Shown one piece after another: positions 28,262-42,005 of a DNA stretch of 64,000 bases (positions within the stretch are counted from its first letter, which is position 1; every line of letters begins with the position of its first letter). This stretch comes from Chrysomallon squamiferum. Taxonomy: Eukaryota; Animalia; Mollusca. The translations under genes and the position numbers were made by a program. The DNA is taken from NCBI GenBank assembly GCA_012295275.1, contig CM022677.1:310001-374000 (forward strand). The letters run 5' to 3'. The notes beneath the pieces are model-generated. The model made no database searches and was not told the DNA's origin. It was given only the letters and a program-made list of their open reading frames with translations.

Positions 28262-31200
28262 GGGTTAAGACAAAACTATTTTGATATCATAGTTTTTTAA
28301 CACTCGATGATGATTCTAACAATTAAGGAAATATATATTTTTTATAAATACATTTAAAATTTTACCAACTTCTGTACTTTTTTGTAAAATAAACCTTAAC
28401 AGTTTTATAATAAAGTTATGACTTACACAAACATAGCAAAACTTAATAAAATAATCTGTTTAAAACTGATGTCAGCATCAATATTATGTAGATTACAGTA
28501 TAATAAAATATAATGGAATTTAAAAAAAGTTCCAGCAAGAGTACAGAATTTTAATTATATCAAGATATATAACTCTTCAAATATAAGTACTGTTGTTTGC
28601 CTTAATTTGGATAGTCTTTTTATTAAGACTAACAATTAAATTTAATAAAGAAATAAACATTACTTTGTTAACTTGCTTACATTTTAGTTTTCACTATAAA
28701 TTAATTTTATAATAATATATCGAAGAAAATGTAATTGTTTGATTAATTCCAAGTTATATCTTATTGGAAGTTGTTTTATGTTTAGATAATTAGATAAATA
28801 TATCAAATAAAATATATTTCAGGTTAGCTATTTTGAATATATTTATTTATTTTTCCATAGATTTCATAGAAATGATACTTATTAATAAATTAATATTATT
28901 TTTCAGGCCTTATAATAAATATTACAAACAGGCAAATTTTGACAGAGTATTATCAATTTTGTGTTTTGTATTTTTGTTGTTTGTAAAGTTGAAATTTATT
29001 TTCAATGTGATTTTTTGTTTTTATCAGATTGGTTATAATACTTACAGTTCATTTTGTTAGGTTATTAGAAAATGCATTATTTGTTATGTTTTACTTTAAG
29101 TAATTTTACAACTGCAAATAAAAGTTTAAAATTACAATTTTTTAGGCAGATGTTTTGATTTTCCATTACTTTAAATTTGTCTTTTTTTTTTTTTTTTTTT
29201 TTGATGTCGATCTTTCAGGTTTTTTTTTTAACAAGTTTAATACTTTCAACAATTCTGTTCTGCATTATGCAATGATTTTTTATTTTAATGTTGATTTATT
29301 TCACTATAAATTTGTGAATTTTAGTTTATCTTGATCTTTTGGGATTAAAAGATTATTATTCTGGATAAATGTATTTTAAATTGACCAGAATATAAAATTT
29401 GTAGTGATACTTTTTTATAGATATATATTTTTTGTTTAAATTATTTGTGATTTATTATTAAAATCTATTACAATAAGAGACAGATGATGTTTATTTATAA
29501 TAATTTCTTTCTAACATTACTTATTATTCTATTAAATTTTATTATTGTATCTACAGGAAAGGCAAAATTCTGGAATCAGCTTCAGTTACAAGAATAGGGA
29601 GAAGAATTTAAACAGATGAGGTATCTACTGATATGGAACAATTATTATTCACAAAAGATGGATTTTTCTTTCCAAAGCAGTTTCCAGAGAAAATGTTGAC
29701 AGTACACATCAGTGTTGATTGATTATTGCAGACAGCAAGCAGATAATTATATAAATAAATAAATAAATATGTATATATAGATATATAAACAGACAGACAG
29801 AGGATAGATAGTTAGTATTTGTTAAATGTTAGTATTTGGTTAATGGTTAATTTTTTGTCAATGGTTAATATTTTGTTAATGATTAGTGTTTTGTTAATGG
29901 TTAGTCTTTCTCTCTGTCTGTCTGTCTCTCTGTCTGACTCTCTCTATCTCTCTCTCTCTATCACAGTCTCTGTTCTGTCTCTTTCATCCTCTCTGCCACT
30001 CTCTCTGTGTCTATATCTTCCTCTCTCTGTCTCTGTCTTTCTTTCTCAGTTTCTCTCTGTATCTCTCTGTCTCTGTATATGTTTCCATCTCTCTCTGTTT
30101 TTCTCTCTCTCTCTCTCTCTCTGAATCTGTCTTTCTCCCTCTGTCTCTGTCTCTCTCTGAATGTCTCTTTCACTCTCTGTCTCTAAACACCAGAATTGAT
30201 GTTACATACCATGCTCTAGAAATCATTATATTTGTGAAATTTAAATGTGTCAGTATGAAAAGGCTGAAAAACTGTTTTTACATGTATTTGAAATTTTTAT
30301 ACTACATTTTTACAGTGAAATGAAATTTTCATGAAAACGTACAATCTTACTCGTAGTGAAACCCAAATCTCTCTTTCCCTAATCATAATAAATAACATAT
30401 ACAAATTTTCACGTATCAAAACGGAATTTCGTAGTAAATTTAAATTACTAAAGAAACATTTTAAATATGTGAAATAAACTTAGAATGCACAAACAAAGAT
30501 ACTAGTACTACTACTACTACTACTACTACTACTACCACTAATAATAATAATAATAATCATAATAATTAGTCAGTTTCATAGGCAAAATAGTCTAAGGGAA
30601 ATAACTATTAATAATCGAATATAATGATGATAATGGATAACAGCATTAACAAAAAAAAAATTTTGAGAAGGAAAATAATTAAAAAAATAATGATATATTT
30701 TCTAATTTAGATTTCTGTTTCATTTAATTCTTTTAGTTAAGTGCTAAAGAAATGCTGTTTAATTATTCGAAGGTAAGAAAAAAAAAATTCTAACAAAAAC
30801 ATTATTCACATAATAGAAGACTGTAAAAGCAGAATAATAAAAAAATAGTTTAAGAAATAAAAACGCCCCCCTGCCCTAGTCCCCTGCCCGCCGGCTGTCT
30901 GCCACGCACTCTCACAGTTTGTGAAGTACAGAACCAAGCTGAAACTTTAATGTTTCTTGTCAGTATGTTCATGTTTGTGAGATCATGGGATTTAATCTTG
31001 GCGTACGGTGTTTTTGGAGGTCCACAGCGGTACTTTCCAATTCTAGATTCATCTATGAAAGAGAGTGTAGAAATTACTTTCTTTATATATGTGATGTGTT
31101 ACCGGAAGTGGGAGGAATTTACTCCGCCAAGAAAAAAAATTTCTGTTACCATTATTTGTTATTTATTTATTTTTCCTGACATTACTTAAATTATTTCTTT

Positions 31201-32854
31201 TAGTTCTTCAGTTGTCTTTCTGTTATCATTTTAATTTCTTTTGTTTTGTTTTTTAATTTTGTTCTCCTGCTCATTTTATTTGAAGAATTAGAATTATTTT
31301 CTTTTTATTATTGTGTATGTATTTATATTATTATTATAATTTTAATTTTTGATTTCGATTTATGTATTTATTTACTTATTTATTTGTTTATTTATTTATA
31401 GTATTAATATTTTCAATCTCTTAACTGCATATCCATCTTTCTAGTTATCTTTCTACATTTTAATAATTTAAATTATTTTATTGTATTATTTATTTATTTA
31501 TTATTATTATTATTATTGTAATTTTTTTTTTTTTTTACAATCTACTTATAATTCTTTTTATTATTTTATTTTTTCTTCATGTTTATTTTTATTCAGTGGG
31601 GAGCAGACTTTGTTTAATTTTTTAAATAAAACAAGTCACCTAGTAATATCTCAGAGAATTGATATTTTTGTTACTAGTATAGATGTTCTGGATTCCTAAT
31701 TCAAAACCTGTTTTCATTGATGATGTCATATTACTAGTGTTTGCTGAACAAACCCAAACAATAATGAAGTTGTTAACTTGTATTGTCAATATATTTTGTT
31801 TTCTGAAAATTATTATTAGCGATTTTTTTTAGAACCAGTATTATTCATATAACTTATTTGTTACTATTAGTGTCTTTTAAATAGTTACCAATGATTTGGA
31901 TAAATATTTTTATTTATATTCATTTAATGTTTTCTCTTAATTTCAAGGTCTGCCCTGTGATTATATATATAATTTTTTTCTTACTATTTTTTATTTTATT
32001 TCCACAGAACTGACATGGGTTTCAAATCATTGAAAAAGAAACGGCAGTTGGCAACAACAACACCAGTACCACCAGTAGACCTGAGACAAACTGACATCAC
32101 CAAACCAAGCACTAAAAACTCAAACTCCTGTGCCAAGTGAGCTAGAAAAGAAACCAGAAACACCACCACCCATTGCCAGAGGTATTTTGGTAAAAAATAA
32201 TGTCTAAGAAAGAAAAGGAACAGAAAAAGTTTGATCATGTGAATCGACTTGTGAAACTGGAGTTTTTGTTGAAAGCAGCCAGACCAAGACTTAAACTGCA
32301 ACAAGCTTTTAAACCAACATTTCCACTTATTCACATATTTTTAGTTTTCTTTCTTTTTTCTTCCTTTCTTTGCTTTATGTTTTTTAAAAATTATTTTGAA
32401 ATTTGTAATATTTTGAAGTATGACAAAGAAAGAAAATATTATAAAATTATCTTTTTGTAAGTTTTCTTTTGATAATTCTGAACATAAATAGCTTTAGAAT
32501 CAGTAATTTAAATAATTTTATATTTATTTATAGTTTTACTTTATAAAAATGCTCTTAAAACAAGTTTTAGTAGACAGTTGATTAGTTTATTTATTTTTAT
32601 TAAGACTGAAGTCCAGTTGTTTAACCAACCAGCTGTTTGAGTTTCCATGGAAAACTCCTTTCTTTGAAAGATGTGGACATTGGAAATTGTCCTGATCTTT
32701 CTGTATCTGTCAGTGACGTTTTAGTTAAACTTACTTCATTTAAATTTTCTTTAAATTTTATAAATTTTTTAATATTTCAAAAATTATTCTGTATATCTTT
32801 CTGTATCTGACATAGACAATTTCGTTAAACCATATGCAAAGAATATTAAACTCT

Positions 32855-34784
32855 GTATGTGTGTGTGTGTATCAGCAAAAGTGATAACTGCTATTCTGAT
32901 AATAGTGTGTGTGTGTGTGTGTGTATCACAAATAGTGATAACTAACTCTGATAATAGTATGTGTGCATGAATATGTGTATGTGTTTGTGTATGTGTGTGT
33001 CAGCAACAGTGATAATTGCTAATACGATAATAGTATTTGTGTGTGTGAGTGTGAGTGTGAGTATATCAACAATAGTGATAATTACTACTCTGGTAGTGGT
33101 ATGTGTGTGTGTGAGTATCAGCAATAGTGATAACTGCAACTGTGATGTGTGTGTGTGTGTGTTTGAGTGTATTAGCAATAGTGATATTTGCTCTCTGATA
33201 ATATTATGTATATGTGTTTATCAGCAATAGTGATAATTGCTACTCTGATGTGTGCATGTGTGTTTCAGTGTATCAGCAATAGTGATAACTGCTACTCTGA
33301 TAATTCTCTGTGCGTTTCTTTGTGTGATTGTATATAGATAATTGCTACTCTGATAATAGGATGTGTGTGTGAGTGTATCAGCAATAGTGATAATTCCTAC
33401 TCTCATAATAGTGTGTGTGTATCAGCAATAGTGATAATTGCTACTCTGATAATAGTATGTGGGTGAGTGTGCGTGTCTGTGTGCATATTTGTTTGTGTGT
33501 GTGAGTATGTCAGCAACAGTGATTATTGCTAATCTGATAATACTATGTGTGTGTGTGTGGGTATACCAGCAATAGTCTTAATTAGTGATAATAGTATGTG
33601 TGTGAGTGCATCAGCAATAGTGATAACTACTACTCTGGTATTATGTGTGTGTTTGTATGAGCAATAGTGATAACTGCTACTCTCATGTGTGTGTTTCAGT
33701 GTATCAGCAGTAGTGATAATTACTACTCTAATAATAGTATGTGTGTCTGTCTCAGCAATAGTGATAATAGTATGTGTGTGTGTGTGTGTCAGAAATAGTG
33801 ATAATTGCCACTGTCTTAGTAGTATGTGTCTGTGGTTATAATTGCTACTCAAAGACTAGTGTGTGTGTATCAGCAGTAGTGATAACTGCTAATTCTCTGT
33901 GTTTGTGTGAGTGTATAGAGATAATTACTACTGATAATAGTATTGTATGTGTGAGTGTATCAGCAATAGTGATAATTGCTACTCTAATAATAGTATGTGT
34001 GTGTTTGTGTGAGTTTATCAGCAATAGTGATAATTGCTACACTCATAATGGTATGATTGTGTGAGTATCAGCAATAGTGATAATTGCTACTCTGTTAATA
34101 CTGGTGTGTGTATCAGGAATAGTGATAATTGCTACTCTGATAATAGTATGTGTGTGAGTGTCTGTGTGTATTTGTGTGTGTGAGTATGCAGCAACAGTGA
34201 TAATTGCTAATCTGGTGCGTATGTGTGTGAGTGTATAAGGAATAGTAATAACTACTACTCTGGTAATTAAGTGTGGGTGTGTATCAGCAAGAGTGATAAC
34301 TACTACTCTGCTAATAGTATGTGTGTGTGTTTGTGAGTGTATCAGCAACAGTGATAATTGCTACTCTGATAATTCTATGTGTATCAGCAATAGTGATAAC
34401 TGCTATCTGATAATTCTAGGTGTATCAGCAATAGTGATAACTGCTACTCTGATAATAGTATCTGTGTGAGTGTGTCAGCAATAGTGATAGTTCGTACACA
34501 ACTAATAGTGTGTGTGTATTTCTGACAGTAATAGTGATAATTGATTCTGTGATAATAGTCTGTGTGTGCATATGTTTCTGTATGTGTCAATCAGCAATTG
34601 TGACAATTGCTACTCTGATAATAGTTTATGTGTTTGTGAGTCTATCAGCAATTGTGATATTTGCGACTGTGATAATACTATGTGTGTGTGTATCTCAGCA
34701 ATAGTGATATTTCCTACTCAGATAATAGTATGTGTGTCTGAGTATATCAGCAATAGTGATAATTCCTAGTCTCATAATAGTGTG

Positions 34785-34818
<34 letters not shown>

Positions 34819-35500
34819 AGTATGAGCAATTGTGATAAGTGCTACTCTGATTCTAGTGTGTGTGTGTGTGTGTGTGTGTGTATCAGCAATAGTGATAACT
34901 GCTCCTCAGATAATTCTCTCTGTGTTTCTGTGTGTGAGTATATCAGCAATAGTGGTAATTGCTACTGTGATAACAGTATGTGTGTGAGTGTGTGCATATC
35001 TGTGCATGTTTGTTTGTGTGAGTGTGTCAGCAATAGTGATCATTGCTAATCTGTTAATACTATGTGTTTGTGTATGAGTGTGGGTATATCAGCAATAGTG
35101 ATAATTGCTACACTGATAATAGTGTGTGTGTGTGTGTGTGTGTGTCAGCAATGGTGATAATTGCTACTCTGATAATACTATTTGTTTGTGCTTTTCTGTC
35201 TGTGTGTGTATCAGCAATAGTGATATCTGCTACTCTCTTAATAGTATATGTGTGTTTGTTTGTGTTTGAGTGTATCAGCAATTGTGATAATTGCTACTCT
35301 GATAATAGTGTGTGTTTGTGTGTGTGTGTGTGTGTGTGAGTATATCAGCAATAGTGATAATTGCTACTCTGATAATAGTGTGTGTGTGTGAGTATATCAG
35401 CAATAGAGATAATTTCTACTACTCAGATAGTGTGAATGTGTGTGTGATTGAGTGTGAGTGTATCAGCAATAATGATAACTGCTACTCTGATAATAGTGTT
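32855..35500 (+). repeat. ~2.6-kb compound satellite: tatcagcaatagtgataattgctactctgataatagt plus variable (gt)n
   Basis: Dozens of copies of a ~37-bp core separated by GT-rich linkers of variable length. Confidence 0.95.
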
Positions 35501-37008
35501 TGTTTGTTAAGAAATATTTGGTTATCAGTTTATATGTTTAAATGCTGTGTACAAAATACTCAGGCCTGTTTTATTTAAATTTAAGATTAAAACTGATGGT
35601 GGCCTTAGTCTTTGTTTATACCACCAAGGGACACAACTCTGAATTAAAAGCTTGAGAGGAAACTCATTAGGTAATAAATTATTTTTGTATTTTTCAGAAA
35701 ATATTTTTAATTCAAAATATTAAAATATTGTTTGCATATTGTTTGAGATTTATTATGTTTAATTTAATTACTATACCTAGACACAAGGAAAAATAACATC
35801 TGAATAACATCTTGTAAATACAATAGTTTTCAGTTCTTTATTAACAGAGATGTAATTAGCAACAAAAACATCAGCAGCGTGTAACGTGATGACAGTAGCA
35901 ACTATGATGTAGTAATAATAGCAACAGCATTAGCAATAGTAATAATAACAGCTACTACTGTATCAACAAAACTAGAAAATGTAGTAATACTAATACTACT
36001 ACTACTACTAATAATAGCTAACATTGTAGGATAGTGATAATAAAAGGTAATGTATAGCTGTAGTTTAGTAGGTAGTAGCAGCAGTAGTAGTAATAATAAT
36101 TAGTTTAGTAATAGCAGCAGTAGTAGTAGAGATGTAGTTTTAATAGAGGTGCAGTAGGAACAGTAATTGTAGTTGTAATAGTCATAGTAGTAGTTCCTGC
36201 TTCCTTACATTTTAAATTTTAAATTCAACTTTTTAAAATACTTTTTTTATTATCATTCAGGAAAGGAGGGACTGTTGTTACTGATATCAGTTGCTGTCAT
36301 CACCATTAACAGTGTTGTATCTTAACAACCAGAAGAAAAACTTACAAGAAAATGAAATGGAAGAACTTTCCACAAAGTTGGATGCTGCAATTGGAAATAA
36401 ATAAATTTAAGAACAATAAAAATAAAAATAATAAAAAAGAAACAATAATAATAACAAATAAATAAATAAATAGCCTGAATCTTACCCCTACTCTCATCCT
36501 AACCCTAACACTAGTCCAAGCCCTAATCCTAACCCTAACTCTAACCTAAGTTAATCCAATGGTAAAAATAAGAAAGAAGAAGGAATACTAAATAAAAGTT
36601 TTTATTATTGTTAATGCTGTTGTTGTATTGTTTTCATTTTAAACTATTTATATAAATTTATCACTTTCAAGTAGTCAGGGGAGAAAATTGAATCATCTTG
36701 TAATTGTCTCTTCAGTTTCCTGATTAAACTGACAGCACTTGGAGGACATCCTGGTAAACTGCTATAGTTATTTTTTTATTTTAACATTTATATGGTTCAT
36801 ATTGATTGAAATTTGTCTTCTCGTTTATTTATTTATTTATCTTCCTCTAGGAATGCTGGGTAATATGATGCACTGTCCAGCCATTCTCACAGATAAAGGA
36901 AACGGTCAACTTCTGACATTGCAGCCATGTTGAAAGGTCGTGGTGAGTGATTATATAGTATGTAGTAGTGCAGTAATAACAGTTCACAGCTATCAGTCTA
37001 TCTTTCTA
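35290..37008 (+). repeat. Arm B of inverted segmental duplication (partner 1-1900)
   Basis: See arm A. Includes degenerate (ccctaa)n at ~36480-36550 and an exon-like segment at 36851-36941. Confidence 0.9.
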
Positions 37009-37103
37009 TGTAACAATAAACATCACATTCTGCTTATTTATGAATATTTATAATTGGTTGTCTTTCTCATTAGAAAAAATCTCTATGTTCACCTCCATAT
37101 TTT

Positions 37104-37179
<76 letters not shown>

Positions 37180-37269
37180 ATAATAATAAAAAATGCCTAC
37201 AATCTATGTATGTATTTATAAATAAAGATCACAAAAATAAAGTTAATAAAAAAATGTAGTTACTGGTGT

Positions 37270-37307
<38 letters not shown>

Positions 37308-37520
37308 GCGCAGAAAGAGAGCGAGCGAGAGATTAATAAATACAAAATGATTAACATGAAGTAACATTTCTCATTGCAATATAACATATATCTCCACTGT
37401 TGCATCCAGGTTTATTTCAACTTTTACATTAATTTCTAAAACTTTCCTTTCTTTTTAATGTAAAGAACAATATATTTCTTCTCACATATAAACAGTTGTT
37501 AAAATCACACTTTCACTCCA

Positions 37521-37655
37521 GCTAGCTGATCATCGTGCAAGGGCTGTGTATGCATTCAACCTGTCTGGCAATGCAGGTATTCAGAAACTTGAATCTCTGT
37601 TTGAGATGGAGGCAGAGATTATGGCCGGTGAAGTCAACAACTTAGAACTACAGTA
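37521..37655 (+). other. Isolated exon-like open segment
   Basis: Acceptor ctttcactccag followed by the stop-free frame LADHRARAVYAFNLSGNAGIQKLESLFEMEAEIMAGEVNNLELQ*. GC-richer than flanks. Confidence 0.4.
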
Positions 37656-38431
37656 ATGCCAATAATAAATTAATTATAAATTAATAAATAAATGAATAAA
37701 TAATGCATTTTTATTAAAGATGCTATTAATATTACTGGTAACTAAACTATATATACAACAATTATTACAAAAATACTTTTTAAAAGTCACCTAAATGATA
37801 ATAAAATATTGTGAGACAATTTAAATTAGTTTTTATTTTATTTATTCTGAACTAGAACTAACTTGCAATAGCTCAATGGGAATCTTGTTTATAACATTTT
37901 AATAAATTTATAAATTTCACACTAGTTACACACGTGTAAAATAGACTTACTGGTACAAACAGTGTCTTCAGATTGATAAAGAAATAATCGAATATGAAAA
38001 CATGCAGCATGATAATTATAGCTTCCCCCGTGTTCTCAGTCTCGGTCTATCAAACATTAGTTCTATTTCTGTCGCCGGAGAGCAGCGTCTTCGTAACGTA
38101 TCTACAGTTTACCAACCTCAGCCTACCCTCGTTACTAAACCTACTTCCTTCACAGACAGCAGTATTAGATTACTGACTTCATTTATTACTGACTCAATTT
38201 ATAATAACATTTTTTCTTCTATTATTATTATTATTATTGATTCGAACCAGACTGTTACATATACATAAAACAGACGTCAGATTGTTTCCATAACCTAAGC
38301 GCTCCTGTTTCTTTAATGAAAAAAACATCACTTAAAAGTTAAAAGATAAATTGATGTTATGGAATAGAATAAATTAAAATCTATATTTATTCAGTTTTCT
38401 TCTTTTATTTATTTATTTATTTATTTATTTA

Positions 38432-38481
<50 letters not shown>

Positions 38482-39031
38482 TTTCACTTTGAATTTGTAT
38501 TATACTTTTAATATTCATAGATCTTGATGCCTTTGTATTGTCGGTAATGTTATTTATATGTTGGTTTTTACGTTATGGACTGAAATGTTTTTTTTGTTTT
38601 TTTTGTTTTATATATATATATATATATATATAATAAAATAAATAAAAGCTTTTGAGAAAAGAACAGTTCTCTTTGACGCTAGACATGAACTGAATTCCAA
38701 ATCTAGCGTTCACAGACGTGCTCGTTTCTCATAAACAAATTAATAATGACTAAATGATAAATAATAATAATAATAAATAAATAAATAAATAAATAAATAA
38801 GATAAAAAAAAAAACAGCTGCTATAGAGAAACGTACATCCTCACAAAGAATCAGTTGTTAGTCTACATGGAATGTTTACTTGAAATTATTTTATTTAGTC
38901 ACTAAAATCGAGTTTTCCTGTCATGAAATTTTTAAGATCACCAGGGTTGTCAGATCTGTAATATTCACAAGAAAGCACCTTGAAGTATTCCAAATCTGCC
39001 TTCTTTTCATTGTTCTCATAAAATAATGATG

Positions 39032-39102
<71 letters not shown>

Positions 39103-40910
39103 AAAACTTTGTTACAGCTGAAACTCAATTTATTCATTGTTCTCATAAAATAAACATAATAATAATAATAATAAAACATTATTATAGGTGAAACTCAATT
39201 TATTCATTTACACAACAGTACTCACATTAATATATTTTATACTCAACTTGTTAATGTAACCGTTGTGACACTATACGACTATTACAGTAATAAATTTATA
39301 AATAATAAACTGTGATAGATAATAAAATGTATCTCACTTTTCTGTGTCATATAGCCTTTTGTTTTTACAATATTGGTTAATTAAAGAACACAGCACCACT
39401 TGATATTACGCTGCACATCTAATTATCACTCTAATATGTTGTTGAAAACCACATTAATGTCTAGCGATCAAGCATTTCACTTTAAAAAACGTTTATAAAA
39501 ATGTGGCTATCCCTATGTTGATTTGTGCCATCAACCTGTAATTAATTCTCTCTTTTTGTATAAAAGTCTAACCTAATTTTCTGCCGATAACTCGAATAAC
39601 ACAACAGTATTTATCCTTTGCTTACTAGCAGTAGAGTAAAAAGTAAGGTGTGATTTATTTTAGTAAGAAACTACATGTTGTTCGTGGGGCAGTGATGCTA
39701 TATTTTATTACGTAACTACTTTTTAGCTACATTCTGTATTTAAAGTTCGGGGCGTCTCCTATGCTACAAAATGCTATGACTAAATACGACTATATTCTTT
39801 ATTATCAAATTATCAGAAGCATAGTTTATACAACGAAATTTAAAATCAACGAAAATAACTTAATATTTGATTAATTACATTAATAACTCTCAATTTGTCA
39901 ATTAATATTAATATAGAAACTGCTCCATATTTTTAATTATGCTTTCAGGTTCCATAAAATAGATCTGCATAACTGTGAGCTATCAGAAAAAGAAAATTAT
40001 TAAAGAAATCTAAATATTTACTTAGTGTAGAAATTCCTTTTTGAGTGCATGTAATACAATATAGCAACACTGTCTTGCGTTGTTTTGTTATGTTATTATG
40101 CGGGCAATATCTTAGTGGAATGCACTTAATAAAATACACTTTTTTCTCTGTTACTAATAAATCAAAGAAAATTACCGATATGCTATTTCAAATTATTGGT
40201 AGAAACTTTTGCGAGATCGTATGAAATAAGCTCATGTATACGTAACAATTTTTTTTTTTTTTTTTAGTGGTCACTCGATAATAAACACTTATAAACACTA
40301 GTGGTGTCGGTATCAGAAGCTTTTTACAGGAAAACGTGATAATTAATTACACGTTGGTATCTAAATTTAATTCTACTTGGAGAGCTATGAGTGCAAGTGA
40401 AAACAATTGAAAACAGAAAATGTTTTGTTGCTTTTTTTAATACTATTTTACCGAAACTGCCGCATGTTATCTAAACTAATATTATGCTTGCTGAAGGACG
40501 AAGTTAGTTTCATTTTTACAACATCTTCGTCTCAGAATTATTATTTTTTATATACATGGCAGAGTTTTTGATAGTGTAAAACTAATGACGTAATCGAGAC
40601 CTGATTTCCACTCGCAAGTCACTTTACGTCTGCTACAAAAGCTGACGGTGTAATAAGAACTATTCGTTTATTAATGATATTTAATAATTGAAAACAGACG
40701 AAGAAACACAACAGAACGCTCAGTAATTGAAATAGGGTGTCTTAAATTCTAATATTGATATCAATTTTCATTTTCATAAATAAGCTTATTATTATTTTTC
40801 TTTAGCACTGCATCATTTAATGATTTTTAATCTTTATTTATTTATTTATTGTCAGTAATTTGTTTTTTCAATCCACACAGCACAAAACAGAACTGTTTTT
40901 CTATTATTAA

Positions 40911-41274
40911 CTGAGCGTGCCATGCTATATCAAAATATATTATTATTATATATCTAATTTACACTACTTTTACAATGAAAAGAAAACAATACTTTTTGTT
41001 CTTTTTTGATTAAGATTTTCCTTAAAAGAGTAAATGAGAGAGAAACAGGTTTGTTGAATGAGACTATTAAAATAATAATAAATATAATATTATATTTACA
41101 TTTTTACGAACAACAGTAAAAATGATAAGTTCATGTAAAATGATAAGTTTATAAAATATGAATAATAAATAAGAAATTAACTCATTTTTCATTATCAACA
41201 GTAGAATATATCCATTTAAAAAATCCAGTTTATTTCACAATAAACTGCAACATCTCATGACGTACAATGAATTT

Positions 41275-41370
<96 letters not shown>

Positions 41371-41646
41371 GTACAGATAAAAATAAACTTAGAGACAGAC
41401 TGACTAATAGAGAGACTGACAGAATATAGAAATATTTATAAATAGATGAATAATAGACTCATAGAAAGGAACAAAGATAAATAGAAAGCCAAGAGGAACT
41501 TGAACAGAGAGCCAGAGGAACAGAAAGCGAGAGAGAGTTTAGTTAGGTACATGAACGGAAATAGAATTATGGACTGATAGAAAATGCGACAAGTAGGTAT
41601 ATTAGATATAATAATAATATATTTTGATATAGCATGGCACGCTCAG
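40911..41646. repeat. ~46-bp inverted repeats bounding a 736-bp segment
   Basis: ctgagcgtgccatgctatatcaaaatatattattattatatatctaat (40911-40958) vs attagatataataataatatattttgatatagcatggcacgctcag (41601-41646): identical apart from a 2-nt indel. Confidence 0.85.
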
Positions 41647-42005
41647 AAAATAAGTAGACAAATAACCTTAGTACGACGGCAACGACTGCGACATTAATAG
41701 AAATTACAGTAATATATTTTAGAAGGCGATACGCGAGCTCAGAAAGTACGAGGAATAGTTAATAAAAAGCGCTAAAGAATAATGAGAAATACTTCAAGAA
41801 AGCTAGGAACAACGCCGTTACGACGGCAACGAGGTGATATTAATAGAAATAGTAATAATACATTTTTCTAAAGGATTTGATCGCTAAGGAAGTATGAATA
41901 ATAGTTAATAAAAAGCTAAAGAATAATGGTAATTACACCTAAAACATTAGGAACAACCCCTTCACGACTGCAATGACGGCAACATCAAAAAAGATAATAA
42001 TAATA
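41600..42005 (+). repeat. Diverged ~147-bp tandem repeat (family also at 12500-12860)
   Basis: cgac(g/t)gcaa(c/t)ga core at ~41674, 41821 and ~41965, with shared aatagttaataaaaagc..aaagaataatg..taggaacaac. Confidence 0.8.

Larger units (their letters stand above)
22150..32340 (+). pseudogene. Multi-exon decayed gene, coiled-coil-like in part
   Basis: Series of ag/gt-bounded segments: 23364-23480 (IKQLRGQLVESSQGLAEKRKEIKDLQTESKLLQY*), 24735-24795 (DICQLQETLEREKEICSEFE), ~25708-26056, 27626-27655, 28051-28111, ~29557-29620 and ~32008-32330. Several contain stops. Identity not recognised. Confidence 0.4.

Noticed and set aside
30860-31140. GC-rich patch with ETS motif (ccggaagt) as a promoter or first exon
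   Set aside because: No associated gene could be supported, and motifs alone are insufficient.
32855-35500. CRISPR-like repeat/spacer appearance
   Set aside because: The linkers are (GT)n microsatellite rather than unique spacers, the repeats are degenerate, the context is eukaryotic and there are no cas genes.
37521-37655. Cytochrome P450 assignment (HR..A..F.L..G.QKLE)
   Set aside because: The resemblance is too short and no other P450 motifs occur nearby.
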